From a virus: a stretch of 64,000 bases of DNA. Within the stretch, counting starts at the first letter, position 1; every line of letters begins with the position of its first letter. The notes below the pieces were generated by a model. It was given only the letters and a program-made list of their open reading frames with translations. It was not told the DNA's origin and made no database searches. Position numbers and translations under genes: made by a program. Shown here one piece after another: positions 40,702 through 50,700 of the stretch. The stretch lies in the IMG/VR virus record IMGVR_UViG_3300032294_002706, positions 65,693 to 129,692 of that record. One strand, given 5' to 3'.

Positions 40702-41074
40702 CAAACGCAGATTCTCCGTTAATCTTAATGTCAAGACCAACACCCACTTTATAAGGATCTGCTATATCGTCAAGTGTGAATGCTCGAGCGTCAATATTGT
40801 AAGGTTTTGAAAGTAACACGAATTCAGCAATTTGAGCATTCGCCTCTGATTCCATTTCGGTTAAATTTGAAAATTCAAACTCGAAGAGATACTTTTCAGC
40901 GTTGAATCCAATATCTTCACCAAGCACTTCTCCTGCTCTAGTCAACAACACCATTCTGACCTGTTGAACCGCGTTCTCTAGGGAATCATTGGATTCAAAG
41001 GTATCAGCTGTGTAGTTAGGATCTCCTGGAGATCTAAAGTAAAAGTCTTTTCCTATTGGTTGTGTAGTTAGCAT
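40682..41074 (-). CDS. baseplate wedge protein (gp25-like)
   Basis: QQVRMVLLTRAGEV...G..YLFE. Confidence 0.65.
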   Translation of the reverse strand: MLTTQPIGKDFYFRSPGDPNYTADTFESNDSLENAVQQVRMVLLTRAGEVLGEDIGFNAEKYLFEFEFSNLTEMESEANAQIAEFVLLSKPYNIDARAFTLDDIADPYKVGVGLDIKINGESAFATLFDL

Positions 41075-41081
41075 ATATTAA

Positions 41082-41822
41082 TTACCATCTAGCGAAGAAC
41101 ATAAAGTCCGCTGTATTTTCTCCCTTCATCATCTCAATTACCTGATTAAGCTCGTTTTCTGCTTTAGTAACAAGATTCGTGTAATTGGGCTTGATTCCAC
41201 CCGGTAAATTGTAGTCAAATGTTGTCAAAAGATCTCCGAGTCTTAATTTTGCCTTAGCTCTCACGTATCTCTGGAATAATTCATCATTGTAAAGATCATC
41301 AGACGGAACCTTTTTTGCAATTTGTAAAACTACTGCATTGGATGCTGGAGTTCTACCTAAAATCATTAGTTTTCTGGTGTTCTTGTTATAGTCATAGGCT
41401 AGCGTATCAATCGTGAATCCTTTAACCAGATCCAAGAATGAAAATATTACCGTTCTATACATGATTGATTCACCAATGAACGGCGTTAAGAATACTTCAG
41501 AACCAATGAATTTATTGTCTGCGAAATCGACGTCCATTGTTCCAAACATTGAGCTTGTGCCCTTTGCTTCTTTTACTTCATGTACGAATGCAACGCAATC
41601 AGGCAATTGAATCGTTCTCTCCTTCTTAAACTGAGGATGTCTAAAAACGGCAGCCGGAATCATCATGTACCTGGCCTCAACTGCATGTCTCCAATTATCA
41701 TGAAAATATCTTTCAGCATTGGTGATGATACGCTGTATTTCCTTTTCCGGGATTGAATACGGTAAGGCCTTTGCAAATGTTAATTCCTCTTGTATGTCGA
41801 GTACTAGTTCGTCTAAAGTCAT
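41082..41822 (-). CDS. neck protein (gp13-like)
   Basis: FQRYVRAKAK..LG.....YNLPGG...N. Confidence 0.65.
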   Translation of the reverse strand: MTLDELVLDIQEELTFAKALPYSIPEKEIQRIITNAERYFHDNWRHAVEARYMMIPAAVFRHPQFKKERTIQLPDCVAFVHEVKEAKGTSSMFGTMDVDFADNKFIGSEVFLTPFIGESIMYRTVIFSFLDLVKGFTIDTLAYDYNKNTRKLMILGRTPASNAVVLQIAKKVPSDDLYNDELFQRYVRAKAKLRLGDLLTTFDYNLPGGIKPNYTNLVTKAENELNQVIEMMKGENTADFMFFARW

Positions 41823-41837
41823 TTGACCTGTGTATTT

Positions 41838-42206
41838 TTAGATAGGTTTACTCGCCTTATTCTTTTGTTCAATTTGGGTCTGAACCTGCTTGATTCTGTT
41901 CAAGATCGAAAGACGTTTGTCGTCAGTATCAGCAGTCGCTAGCTCTTTTCTAAGTTCGCGAGTTGCATTGATTGCATCAATCTCAGCTTGAGTATCGGTT
42001 GAACTTTCCTTGATTGGTTCAGTTACCGTTTTTGTGTAGTCTGGTTCAGTTGCCTTTATTCCAGTAGATAAGCTTGCACGCTTAACCTGGTCAATTGATT
42101 TCTCCTTTTTTACTGGAGCTGCCGCTTTGACATCAAGTGCAGTTTTAGGTTCACCTAATTTAGGACCTTTTACGAATGAATCGAAGTTTAGAAGTTTGTT
42201 ACTCAT
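41838..42206 (-). CDS. hypothetical protein with capsid-targeting-like motif
   Basis: KLLNFDSFVK. Confidence 0.55.
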   Translation of the reverse strand: MSNKLLNFDSFVKGPKLGEPKTALDVKAAAPVKKEKSIDQVKRASLSTGIKATEPDYTKTVTEPIKESSTDTQAEIDAINATRELRKELATADTDDKRLSILNRIKQVQTQIEQKNKASKPI

Positions 42207-42223
42207 AGTATTGTCAATTTTTA

Positions 42224-42499
42224 TTATTTATCGCTGCTTGGGCCCGGTTCAAATATTCCATCCACGAATTCGTTAAAGGTTAGCACCTTAGACGTCTTTG
42301 GGTTAGCTCCAATCCCAGGAGTATTATTCATTTTCATGTCCCTTCTTGAAATTGGCTGGGTCGCTAACCAGTGATTCGGAATTCCACCGGTATGCGTATT
42401 GATCGGCGTTGGTTGAATATTCGGATCATTACTTTGGGTGAAAGCTGCTGCCGGTACTGTACCTGTACTACTTGCCATATTTGTAGCGTGTTCTTTCAT
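42224..42499 (-). CDS. hypothetical protein with C-terminal FxxF motif
   Basis: KVLTFNEFVD; AATAAATA at 42505-42512. Confidence 0.55.
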   Translation of the reverse strand: MKEHATNMASSTGTVPAAAFTQSNDPNIQPTPINTHTGGIPNHWLATQPISRRDMKMNNTPGIGANPKTSKVLTFNEFVDGIFEPGPSSDK

Positions 42500-42528
42500 A
42501 GGATTATTTATTTAGGACTAGCCAAAAT

Positions 42529-42551
42529 AAAAAAGCCCGACGAATCGGGCT
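42529..42551 (-). terminator. intrinsic terminator
   Basis: AGCCCGA-CGAA-TCGGGCT with minus-strand U-tract. Confidence 0.75.
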
Positions 42552-42573
42552 CATTTACTCAATTAGGTCAATA

Positions 42574-43311
42574 TTAATATTCTGGGCTCCAGTTGCGGTC
42601 TCCGCAGTTAGAGCATCTCATTCTAGGATTCTCTTCGATTTCTTCATGTTCTGCACGTTCTCCGCAAGTATCGCAAGAGTATGCAGTAGACTCATTAACT
42701 TGTAGATTTGCAGCAGATTCCATCATGCACTCTGTCATGTAAGAACCACATTCGTTTAAGTAATTCTCGTACGTATGCATCGGATCCTTATCTTCATCGC
42801 ACATTTGAGCCTCTTTAATCAGGATATTTTCACAAACTTTCTTGATGGCCTGTTTTGCCTCTTCTGACATTGCTGGAGAATAACCTTCTTCCATTGGATT
42901 CCAGCATTCGGTTACAAAGCTTTCAAATGTTTTTGCAGCCTTGCCTTTTTTCTTGTCCTGAAGAGCTTTTTTCATGGATTCCTTTTTATCTCCATCTTGA
43001 TCAAAATCTAGATAGTCTGGCCTACCTTTCTTTGCTTCATCTAGTTCGTCCATGTCGGAAACGATTTTAACTTCAACTGGAATCGAATATTCGTGATCTC
43101 CGTGTTGAGCGGTCAACATGCCATCGCCATCATAGTCAAATCTTAACTCAACTTCTTGGCCATCATGAGTTTTTATTACGATCATGGCATGATCATCGCC
43201 ATGGCCAGTTAATGATAGTATTGTCGGATGGATTGTTTTTCCATCGTGTGATTCTGGAATGGGCTCTCCCATCATGAATTTAGGTATTCTCTTGTTACCA
43301 AACTTTCCCAT
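42574..43311 (-). CDS. hypothetical head-associated protein with C-terminal Zn ribbon
   Basis: PDYLDFDQDGD; AKTFESFVTE; CDTC...CSNC; TATAAATA at 43333-43340. Confidence 0.6.
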   Translation of the reverse strand: MGKFGNKRIPKFMMGEPIPESHDGKTIHPTILSLTGHGDDHAMIVIKTHDGQEVELRFDYDGDGMLTAQHGDHEYSIPVEVKIVSDMDELDEAKKGRPDYLDFDQDGDKKESMKKALQDKKKGKAAKTFESFVTECWNPMEEGYSPAMSEEAKQAIKKVCENILIKEAQMCDEDKDPMHTYENYLNECGSYMTECMMESAANLQVNESTAYSCDTCGERAEHEEIEENPRMRCSNCGDRNWSPEY

Positions 43312-43335
43312 TTAATTATGGATATTTTTGGTTAT

Positions 43336-43452
43336 TTATATGGATAGGTCAACATAAACGACTCCCTTATGTGAAACTGCTTCGCCCGCGCATTGATTTG
43401 CGAACTTAATTGACTCCAAGATATCGCCAGTTTTAGCGTATTTTGCCACCAT
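43336..43452 (-). pseudogene. 3' remnant of PfkB/RfaE-type sugar kinase
   Basis: Frame reads VAKYAKTGDILESIKFANQCAGEAVSHKGVVYVDLSI*, a typical ribokinase-family C-terminus. Confidence 0.6.
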
Positions 43453-43837
43453 GTGATATTACGTAATCCTCAGCCGCGTACTTGCTCCAACCGTATAGAT
43501 TAGATGGGAACTTACCATTTGTTCCATAATTTGCGGCTGACGACGAATAGATCATTTTGCTGCCAGTCATGTTACAGTAATCTGACAAAATTTTAGTTGA
43601 TTCATAATTCAGTTCCATCATATAATTGATGTTCTGTTCCAATGTGTCTGAGCAGGCACCGACATGAAATATAACGTCAGGACTAAGGTCGCACACTATC
43701 TCGAGTAGTTGTTTATCCCAATTTTCAACTCCTCTAAAATCTTCAACGTCAATTCCAAAGACCTTAAAATTACGGTCCAGTTTCCAAATAAGCCGTTTAG
43801 CGATAAATCCCTGATCGCCGGTTACTAATATCTTCAT
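43433..43837 (-). pseudogene. truncated ADP-heptose 6-epimerase (RfaD/HldD-like), 5' half
   Basis: VTGDQGFIA, FHVGACSDT, YSSSAANYG, NLYGWSK, then stop at 134 aa. Confidence 0.65.
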
Positions 43838-45816
43838 TACTTAATTGATAGTTTTTCGTCTTTTGATTTACATGTGATTACTAAATGATCACCATCCTTG
43901 ATTTTACCGTCAATATAGGCTTCAGCAATTAGATCCTCAACATGAGTTTGAATCGCTCTTTTTAGAGGTCGTGCTCCGAATTTTTCATCGTAACCTTTTT
44001 CAATCAAGAACTCTTTTGCCTGTTTCGTTAATTCAACTGAGTATCCATTTTCTTTTACTCTTTCGTAAAGATCAACTAATTCTGTCTCAACGATTTTAGC
44101 AATATCTTCCCTTTTAAGAGATTCAAATATAATAATGTCGTCTAAACGATTTATGAATTCTGGAGCGAACTGCTTGCTAACCGCTTTTCTTAAAACGCCG
44201 GCTGCAATTTCTTTTTGCTTTTCATAGTTAATGCCAGTTGAGAATCCAATTCCATTTCCAAACTCTTGTAATTCTTTAACTCCTAGATTTGAAGTCATGA
44301 TGATCACCGTATTCTTAAAATCGATTTTACGGCCAAGGCCATCAGTCATGTGACCTTCATCTAATACTTGCAATAGAGTGTGGAAAATATCAGGATGCGC
44401 TTTTTCAACTTCATCCAATAGAACAACTGAGTACGGCTTACGTTTTACGCGCTCTGTCAATTGACCTCCCTCTTCGTAACCAACGTAGCCTGGAGGAGCT
44501 CCCAATAATTTAGTAGCATTGAATTTTTCTCCATACTCTGACATGTCAATTCTAATCATTGCATCCTCTGAATCGAACATGAATTTAGAAAGCTGTTTTG
44601 CCAATTCAGTTTTACCTACTCCAGTTGGGCCTAAGAACATGAAAGTTCCGACCGGTCTCTTTTTGGATTTTAGACCTGCTCTAGATCGCTGGATTGCTTT
44701 AGTTAATTTAAGAACTGCTTCAGGTTGTCCAATGACTCTTGATTCCAACCATTTTGCCATGGTTGCAAGTCTTTCCAATTCTGATCCGGTTAGTCTGGTG
44801 ATTGGAATGCCTGTCATCGTTGAGATCACTTGTGCGATATCGTCTTCAGTAACAGTTAATCGATTAACCTTTAACGACTCTTCCCATTTGATTTTTTCTT
44901 CATCAATTTCTTTCTGTACTGAAAGTGCTTCATCTCTTAATCTAGCCGCTGCTTCGTACTGTTGTGAATCGACTGCCTTTTGTTTTCTGGCAGTAGCCTC
45001 AACCATTTTTTCTTCAAGTTTCTTGATTGAATCGGGTACGACTACTCCATTAATGTGAACGCTTGAACCAGCCTCATCCATCAAATCAATTGCTTTATCC
45101 GGTAGGAACCTGTCCTGTAAGTAACGATCACTGTAGCTAACGCATGCATCAAGTGCAGAGTCAGTGTACTTAACTGAGTGATGATCTTCATACTTAGATC
45201 GGATATTCTCGATGATCTGGCGTGATTGTTTCGGAGTTGATGGTTCTACCATCACTTGCTGAAAACGACGATTTAGGGCACCATCCTTTTCAATTGAACC
45301 TCTAAACTCATCAAGTGTGGTTGCTCCCAAGCATTGAATCTGTCCTCGAGAAAGTGCAGGTTTTAGGATATTCGCTGCATCTAATGAACCGCTTACAGAA
45401 CCAGCTCCAATCAAGGTATGAATTTCATCGATGAATAAAATAATATTTGGATTCTGCTGAACCTCATCAATTATCTGCTCCATTCTCTCTTCGAATTGAC
45501 CTCGATATTTTGTACCTGCCACAAGATTCGCAAGTTCAATCGAAATGATCTTTTTATCAAAAAGAACTCGTGGACAAGTTCTGTCCACTATCATCTTTGC
45601 TAAACCTTCAACGATCGCAGTCTTACCGACTCCAGGTTCGCCAATCAGGATTGGATTATTCTTTTTTCTGCGAGCTAGAATTTGACTGCATCGCTTAATT
45701 TCTTTTTCTCTACCAACTACTGGATCCAACTTGTCCTCAATCGCTAATTGCGTTAAGTCCTTACCGTATGAATCCAACATTGGAGTCTTTCCTGATTTAT
45801 TCGCTTGTTTTGCCAT
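43837..45816 (-). CDS. clpC: ClpC-type AAA+ ATPase lacking the N-terminal domain
   Basis: [17 protein letters not shown] middle domain ([11 protein letters not shown]), [12 protein letters not shown] loop. Confidence 0.9.
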   Translation of the reverse strand: MAKQANKSGKTPMLDSYGKDLTQLAIEDKLDPVVGREKEIKRCSQILARRKKNNPILIGEPGVGKTAIVEGLAKMIVDRTCPRVLFDKKIISIELANLVAGTKYRGQFEERMEQIIDEVQQNPNIILFIDEIHTLIGAGSVSGSLDAANILKPALSRGQIQCLGATTLDEFRGSIEKDGALNRRFQQVMVEPSTPKQSRQIIENIRSKYEDHHSVKYTDSALDACVSYSDRYLQDRFLPDKAIDLMDEAGSSVHINGVVVPDSIKKLEEKMVEATARKQKAVDSQQYEAAARLRDEALSVQKEIDEEKIKWEESLKVNRLTVTEDDIAQVISTMTGIPITRLTGSELERLATMAKWLESRVIGQPEAVLKLTKAIQRSRAGLKSKKRPVGTFMFLGPTGVGKTELAKQLSKFMFDSEDAMIRIDMSEYGEKFNATKLLGAPPGYVGYEEGGQLTERVKRKPYSVVLLDEVEKAHPDIFHTLLQVLDEGHMTDGLGRKIDFKNTVIIMTSNLGVKELQEFGNGIGFSTGINYEKQKEIAAGVLRKAVSKQFAPEFINRLDDIIIFESLKREDIAKIVETELVDLYERVKENGYSVELTKQAKEFLIEKGYDEKFGARPLKRAIQTHVEDLIAEAYIDGKIKDGDHLVITCKSKDEKLSIK

Positions 45817-45837
45817 ATACAGTTATTATACTAAATT

Positions 45838-46443
45838 TTAATCCCACCAGCCGCGAAGCCCGCTACCGTCGAATTGACTATCCCAGCTATTTTCTTCGCT
45901 ATTTTCGAATTTTTCGTAGTCTTGGCCCTTTAATATTTCCCAAAGTTCAGCCCATTCCGCCTCTCCAATTTCACGAGCTCGAGCAAATACTTTACGGTTG
46001 TGTTCCTTTTCTTCGGGGGCGTCCTTATCCACCATTTGATAACAGCCCGGATGGTCAGGAGCCGGCTCAAATTCAAAACCGTGTAGCACCAATTCTCCAA
46101 GTTCAGCCTCTGCCATTTCTATGTAGAGATCCTCGTTGTAGTTCTTAATAAGCTGTGCCGCTCTACGCATGCTAGCAACCTTCTTTAGCCTACTCTCGTC
46201 AACCTCAAGGCCTTGAGTTTCGATTCGATCAGCCATTCGGTCAAGTGCGATTTGCAGATGCATTAGCGGACCGTGATGATCCCACCAATAGGTATTCCAT
46301 AAGGCTTTCCTAAATAACCAGATGTTCTTAATGAACCTAGGAATGTCGTATCTGATAGTATCGTAAGTTTTGTACCACCATGTATTGTGTCGTACTAACG
46401 TCTTTATACTCTTCGCAAAAGAGTCTCCGAATTTAATATCCAT
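45838..46443 (-). CDS. hypothetical phage protein
   Basis: 201-aa ORF, Trp-rich, ends GLRGWWD. Confidence 0.6.
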   Translation of the reverse strand: MDIKFGDSFAKSIKTLVRHNTWWYKTYDTIRYDIPRFIKNIWLFRKALWNTYWWDHHGPLMHLQIALDRMADRIETQGLEVDESRLKKVASMRRAAQLIKNYNEDLYIEMAEAELGELVLHGFEFEPAPDHPGCYQMVDKDAPEEKEHNRKVFARAREIGEAEWAELWEILKGQDYEKFENSEENSWDSQFDGSGLRGWWD

Positions 46444-46750
46444 TGTTAATTTGTGTGTCTTTTTTAATTGAGTCTAATCGATTTAACGATTGACTTTTAT
46501 TAATAATTTGTGCATTATCGCAGTGTCTTCTTGAGCATGGTGCCTCAATCAGGATTGTATCGTGTACGGGTTTTTCAATAATTCTTTCAATTCTAACCGT
46601 GTCTATTAAATCAGCAGACCGAGTCTTTTTTGAAAGAGGCTTGATTTCAACGGCCTGCTTTATTCCAAAATACAATATTAAAATTGTGATTACTGTAAGA
46701 CCGGTCAGTATTGTTGAGCCTAATACTGTGAGGCGTGTAAACTTATTCAT
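46433..46750 (-). CDS. hypothetical membrane-anchored protein
   Basis: N-terminal hydrophobic helix. Confidence 0.5.
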   Translation of the reverse strand: MNKFTRLTVLGSTILTGLTVITILILYFGIKQAVEIKPLSKKTRSADLIDTVRIERIIEKPVHDTILIEAPCSRRHCDNAQIINKSQSLNRLDSIKKDTQINNGY

Positions 46751-47192
46751 CTATTTTTACCAATATCGTTTTTAAAGAGTGCTTAACGTTTTCTTTGAAA
46801 CTTAATTCCATTTCAAGTCTACGCTTTTCAAGTTCAACATTAAATGCATCATTCAATGCTTTGTTAGTCCTTTGAGAGATTCTGATGTTGTAGCTAAATA
46901 CGTGATTAATTACGGTCAATTCGTAATTATCTAAAATCAATAAGATACTCTTCTCATCGTTTCTAACGTACTGCTTCTGAGAGATTGGGCTCATTAGCAA
47001 GTCGCTCTCTTGACACTTTATCATCTTTCTGAAAATAAAAGCCGCGTCCCTTTCCGCTTCTCCTGAACTCGTCTCAGCTCGACCGGTTGAATCCAACATC
47101 CTATGAACCTTAATACTAACTTGTTGAGAAAGTCTTTTGAATCTATGAATAGATTTCCTAGTATTCTCTGAAAATTCTTTTTTAAATTCCAT
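46743..47192 (-). CDS. hypothetical protein
   Basis: 149-aa ORF in a tightly packed minus-strand run. Confidence 0.55.
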   Translation of the reverse strand: MEFKKEFSENTRKSIHRFKRLSQQVSIKVHRMLDSTGRAETSSGEAERDAAFIFRKMIKCQESDLLMSPISQKQYVRNDEKSILLILDNYELTVINHVFSYNIRISQRTNKALNDAFNVELEKRRLEMELSFKENVKHSLKTILVKIDE

Positions 47193-47207
47193 TTTTATAT
47201 TAATAAG

Positions 47208-47606
47208 TTACTTTTGACCTTCTCCGTTAAAAAACCCGCCAATTAAATTAATTATGAAGTTTTCATCGATTGGTTTTTTCTCAGGTAATTCGTACTCAAC
47301 AAAATCATCCGCACATCTAATCTCTTCAACGCATTTCCATAAGCTTGGAATATCATAACAAATCTCATTACCTTCCTTGTCCCAAGCTTGCAAAATTTCC
47401 CCACTGAGACTTTCCTTTTCGTAAAGGTACCAGCTTATCCAATCCTCGCCCTCGTTTCCGTAATATGCTTTAAATAATAAAGTTATTGCGGTTGCGTATG
47501 AATCTTCGTAATTAATTAGATCAACTCCCATCTCAGCCAGTCTAAAGCTACGTTCGCTCTGTTCCTTAATTAGGGTTACTATCTTTTCGAATACTTCCAG
47601 TTTCAT
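47208..47606 (-). CDS. hypothetical protein
   Basis: 132-aa ORF; DWISWYLYE. Confidence 0.55.
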   Translation of the reverse strand: MKLEVFEKIVTLIKEQSERSFRLAEMGVDLINYEDSYATAITLLFKAYYGNEGEDWISWYLYEKESLSGEILQAWDKEGNEICYDIPSLWKCVEEIRCADDFVEYELPEKKPIDENFIINLIGGFFNGEGQK

Positions 47607-47799
47607 TTATAATTATCTTTGATTGATTTTCGATTTGAATCACGTACTCTTCTAGAGCAGTTTCTATTCCGGAAGCTATTAATATGGTTAGTTCTTCCTG
47701 CGAAGAGACCATTCCCATTTGTTGGGCTAACGCTAGCGCCTGAACCGTTTCTTCAGCTGCTTCCCTTGCGATTTTTTCAATTATTCCTTGAGTTTCCAT
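47566..47799 (-). CDS. hypothetical protein
   Basis: 77-aa ORF after a GTATAAT element. Confidence 0.45.
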   Translation of the reverse strand: METQGIIEKIAREAAEETVQALALAQQMGMVSSQEELTILIASGIETALEEYVIQIENQSKIIINETGSIRKDSNPN

Positions 47800-47824
47800 G
47801 TTTCTTTTAGTTATTATACTACGT

Positions 47825-48421
47825 TTATTGTAAAAATTTCAAAATTTTATCCTTGATTCCACTTTGTTTGATTCCTTCCGCTGATTTTGGAGTCAACACA
47901 AAATTCGTGAGACCCCATTCTCGATCAATTTCACCCCAAGTTTTATCAGTGTAAGGTGCTCCCATATTAAGGTCATCTATTGCTACCCAATGTGTAACTT
48001 CAGGATGATCTATTAGGTATTGCCTAATCTCAATAGCTCGAGTTTGTTCTAGATCCCATTTCGGTGACCATACAAATACTTTCTCGCTGTACCATGTACA
48101 CTCGTTAAGGTCAGGTGTGAATGATATCGGCCGCTTTACAATACCTTTCATCTCATAGTAGTCTCCCATCTCCTCAACGGTTGCCCATCTCTTCCAATCC
48201 GAACTTACAACGATTTCGGCACCAGTCTCTTCAACGATTGCGTTAAGAATGGCAATTGCCTTTCGGTTAAAATTATCGAATCTAACATCAACCGGTCCGT
48301 TCTGAGCAAGCCCCTGTCTAGGATTGGTTTCAGTAAAGTGAGCGCGTTGCTTTTTGTATCGACTGCCCCATTCGGTCGAGAGACATATTACGCCATCATG
48401 GTCTAAGAATATTACTTTCAT
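47825..48421 (-). CDS. HAD-family protein (RNA-repair-associated type)
   Basis: FLDHDGV, VVSSDW, VAIDD. Confidence 0.75.
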   Translation of the reverse strand: MKVIFLDHDGVICLSTEWGSRYKKQRAHFTETNPRQGLAQNGPVDVRFDNFNRKAIAILNAIVEETGAEIVVSSDWKRWATVEEMGDYYEMKGIVKRPISFTPDLNECTWYSEKVFVWSPKWDLEQTRAIEIRQYLIDHPEVTHWVAIDDLNMGAPYTDKTWGEIDREWGLTNFVLTPKSAEGIKQSGIKDKILKFLQ

Positions 48422-48662
48422 AGTCTTTCTTGATTTGATCGATTAGATCCTGAGGAGCCTCAATCAATTCGAATTTTTGGTCAATGAGTCCAAACTCTGG
48501 GTTCTCGGTCAATTCCTTCAACAGGGAATCGTAATCGGCTGCACTAGGTTTTTCGAAATACCCACAAAAGTGTAGCACATCGATTCCTTGTGAATCTCCG
48601 ATTCGCTTTACTGCCGCGATCCCGTGAGTAATGTCAGTTATACTTTTATCTTCTGAGCTCAT
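48396..48662 (-). CDS. hypothetical protein
   Basis: 88-aa ORF overlapping neighbours. Confidence 0.5.
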   Translation of the reverse strand: MSSEDKSITDITHGIAAVKRIGDSQGIDVLHFCGYFEKPSAADYDSLLKELTENPEFGLIDQKFELIEAPQDLIDQIKKDYESNILRP

Positions 48663-48942
48663 ATACTGAATTTTCTGTTTTAAATCTAACTAGTTCGTAA
48701 TAGCCTTCAGCATCCTTCTTCTCTTCAATGATTTCAGTTACTTTAGTGGTTAGCCAATAATCTTGATGTGAGTAACTTCTGGCGGTGACTGAACCTACGA
48801 GTAATGAACAGCCCACGACCGGCTTGGAATCAATGATCTCTTTGAAAGTGCGATCTTCGTTCCATGCGATAGCTTCAATCCGCTGGCCCTGCTCCTTGAT
48901 CTCTTCGCGGCCATCTTTGTGTATTTTAATTAGAGTTGCCAT
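48646..48942 (-). CDS. hypothetical protein
   Basis: Start set to MATLIK; W.TT.V.EI...FKTENSVYEL. Confidence 0.55.
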   Translation of the reverse strand: MATLIKIHKDGREEIKEQGQRIEAIAWNEDRTFKEIIDSKPVVGCSLLVGSVTARSYSHQDYWLTTKVTEIIEEKKDAEGYYELVRFKTENSVYELRR

Positions 48943-49183
48943 CTTCTTGTATTTTTTGAAGTCTTGCGTAAAACTTTCGATCCAATGATTTTTCTTCAAT
49001 TATTTTAAGTTCAAGATCTTCGGTTACTTTCCGTATACCCATTTTAAACATCCAAGTCTGTAACACAGGACCTGCATTGAACTCAAGGTACTCGATTACC
49101 GGTTTATCTTCATGATTCGCAAGGTAGTCTAGTGCTCTAGCCGCGATGCATTCATTATATAGTTCTTTATCGCTTTTCCACAT
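48926..49183 (-). CDS. hypothetical protein
   Basis: 85-aa ORF. Confidence 0.5.
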   Translation of the reverse strand: MWKSDKELYNECIAARALDYLANHEDKPVIEYLEFNAGPVLQTWMFKMGIRKVTEDLELKIIEEKSLDRKFYARLQKIQEDGNSN

Positions 49184-49415
49184 ATTGATAGTATTTATAG
49201 GTTACAGTGTCATTAATTCTAGTTCTTTCATGTACTGGTACAGTATCACCATTCTCCAGCGCAGCATAGTACCTTGGTGAAATTTCATCGTGAACGCTGA
49301 TCGGCTTCTTTTTAAAGATTTCAACGATCACATGTTTTTCGATCTTTACCGAAGATGGACCTTCGCAACTGGCAAGCATAACCAAGGTCAGCGTTAATAG
49401 GATGTAGTTTCTCAT
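49167..49415 (-). CDS. putative lipoprotein
   Basis: Signal peptide with LASC lipobox. Confidence 0.55.
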   Translation of the reverse strand: MRNYILLTLTLVMLASCEGPSSVKIEKHVIVEIFKKKPISVHDEISPRYYAALENGDTVPVHERTRINDTVTYKYYQYVEKR

Positions 49416-49822
49416 ACGAAAGATTCTTTTGCTATTGCCTCAATTCGGGATTTTTGTTCGTTAGTTAGCAACCAACGATCTTCCCAAAGCTTATGTAATA
49501 TAGTACCAAATTCCTGTTCGGAATAGGTTCCGCCTGAGAATAGCTCTTCTGGCGTTCTAGGATGGTCATCATCCCCAAAATCCTCTTTTAGATCATCATA
49601 CATTCTCTGCTTATCCCATGAGCTTGCTTCCCAAAGAATATCATCAATATCGACATAGGTCGAGGCTTCAATGTCTCTTGGTGAATATTCGCCATCAGGA
49701 ATTGGAGTATCGAAGTCGTCTCCTATATCCTCCTTTAAGTACTCAACTAGTTTTCGCTTTTCGTTTAGGTTCAGATCGTCAACCAACTCGGTGACATCGA
49801 CTGTGACTCTTATGTCTGACAT
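49412..49822 (-). CDS. acidic hypothetical protein with internal duplication
   Basis: VDVTELV...LKEDIGDD / VDIDDIL...LKEDFGDD. Confidence 0.55.
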   Translation of the reverse strand: MSDIRVTVDVTELVDDLNLNEKRKLVEYLKEDIGDDFDTPIPDGEYSPRDIEASTYVDIDDILWEASSWDKQRMYDDLKEDFGDDDHPRTPEELFSGGTYSEQEFGTILHKLWEDRWLLTNEQKSRIEAIAKESFV

Positions 49823-49859
49823 GATATTACTATTTTAGATTATTATACTCAATAAAAAC

Positions 49860-49883
49860 AAAAAAGTCCCCGATTGGGGACTT
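49860..49883 (-). terminator. intrinsic terminator
   Basis: AAGTCCCC-GATT-GGGGACTT with minus-strand U-tract. Confidence 0.8.
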
Positions 49884-49907
49884 AATTAAAAATAATGATT
49901 GTAAAAA

Positions 49908-50312
49908 TTAGTTTTCCACAGATTTAAAAACGATGCTAACCAATATGCCGGCAACTGCTGTGAAGAGAATCCACAGAATTTTAGTAACCGTGCTCTTCCA
50001 TGACATTAATTCCTTATGTTCGTCAATGATGTTCTGAAAAGATTTCTCAGATTCTTCTTTTCTCTTACGAAATTCGGTGTTCTTATTTACTCGAACAACA
50101 ATTCCGTCTTCTGGATCTAATAATTGTTTCTTGATCTGTCTTAGATCTTCATGCATGTCCTCTTGAGCTGACTCAATATTCTCAATCTTATCTTGTATTG
50201 ACTTGATCTCGCCGTTTGGCATTTTGTCCTTGATCACGTCAAGGGCATCTAAAATATCATTCATCATAGAGTCAATATCATGATTGACTTCTCTGCGTCT
50301 TCCGCTACTCAT
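49908..50312 (-). CDS. coiled-coil protein with C-terminal transmembrane helix
   Basis: ILWILFTAVAGILVSIVF at the C-terminus. Confidence 0.55.
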   Translation of the reverse strand: MSSGRRREVNHDIDSMMNDILDALDVIKDKMPNGEIKSIQDKIENIESAQEDMHEDLRQIKKQLLDPEDGIVVRVNKNTEFRKRKEESEKSFQNIIDEHKELMSWKSTVTKILWILFTAVAGILVSIVFKSVEN

Positions 50313-50321
50313 TTGGGAAAA

Positions 50322-50630
50322 TTAGTCTTTTTTAGGCTCGTCATCCATCATGACGTTTGCATCAACTGCAGGGGCATCAGCTTCTCCGTTTTCATCGTCC
50401 GTCATGTGAACTGCTGAAACAGTCTCAGGCTCATCGCTAATTGGTTCTTGTGCTGGAACTGGCATATCGTCTCCGAATGGTTCAGTCATGGTTGGCTCTT
50501 CTACTGGAGTAGGAAGTTCGTCGTGCATCGGCTCAATTTCAGTCGCTTGCATTTCTGGGCCAACTTGACCTTGTGCATTCTGCTTCACGAAATCTTGAAA
50601 GCTTAAAATTGTATTGTTATTAGTCTCCAT
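50322..50630 (-). CDS. acidic disordered protein with capsid-targeting-like motif
   Basis: TILSFQDFVK; GATAAATA at 50652-50659. Confidence 0.55.
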   Translation of the reverse strand: METNNNTILSFQDFVKQNAQGQVGPEMQATEIEPMHDELPTPVEEPTMTEPFGDDMPVPAQEPISDEPETVSAVHMTDDENGEADAPAVDANVMMDDEPKKD

Positions 50631-50700
50631 TTTAGTGAAATAATTTGAGTTTATTTATCTGGGGTAGAGGAACAAATTGAGCCTCGCTCTAGGCTAATTG

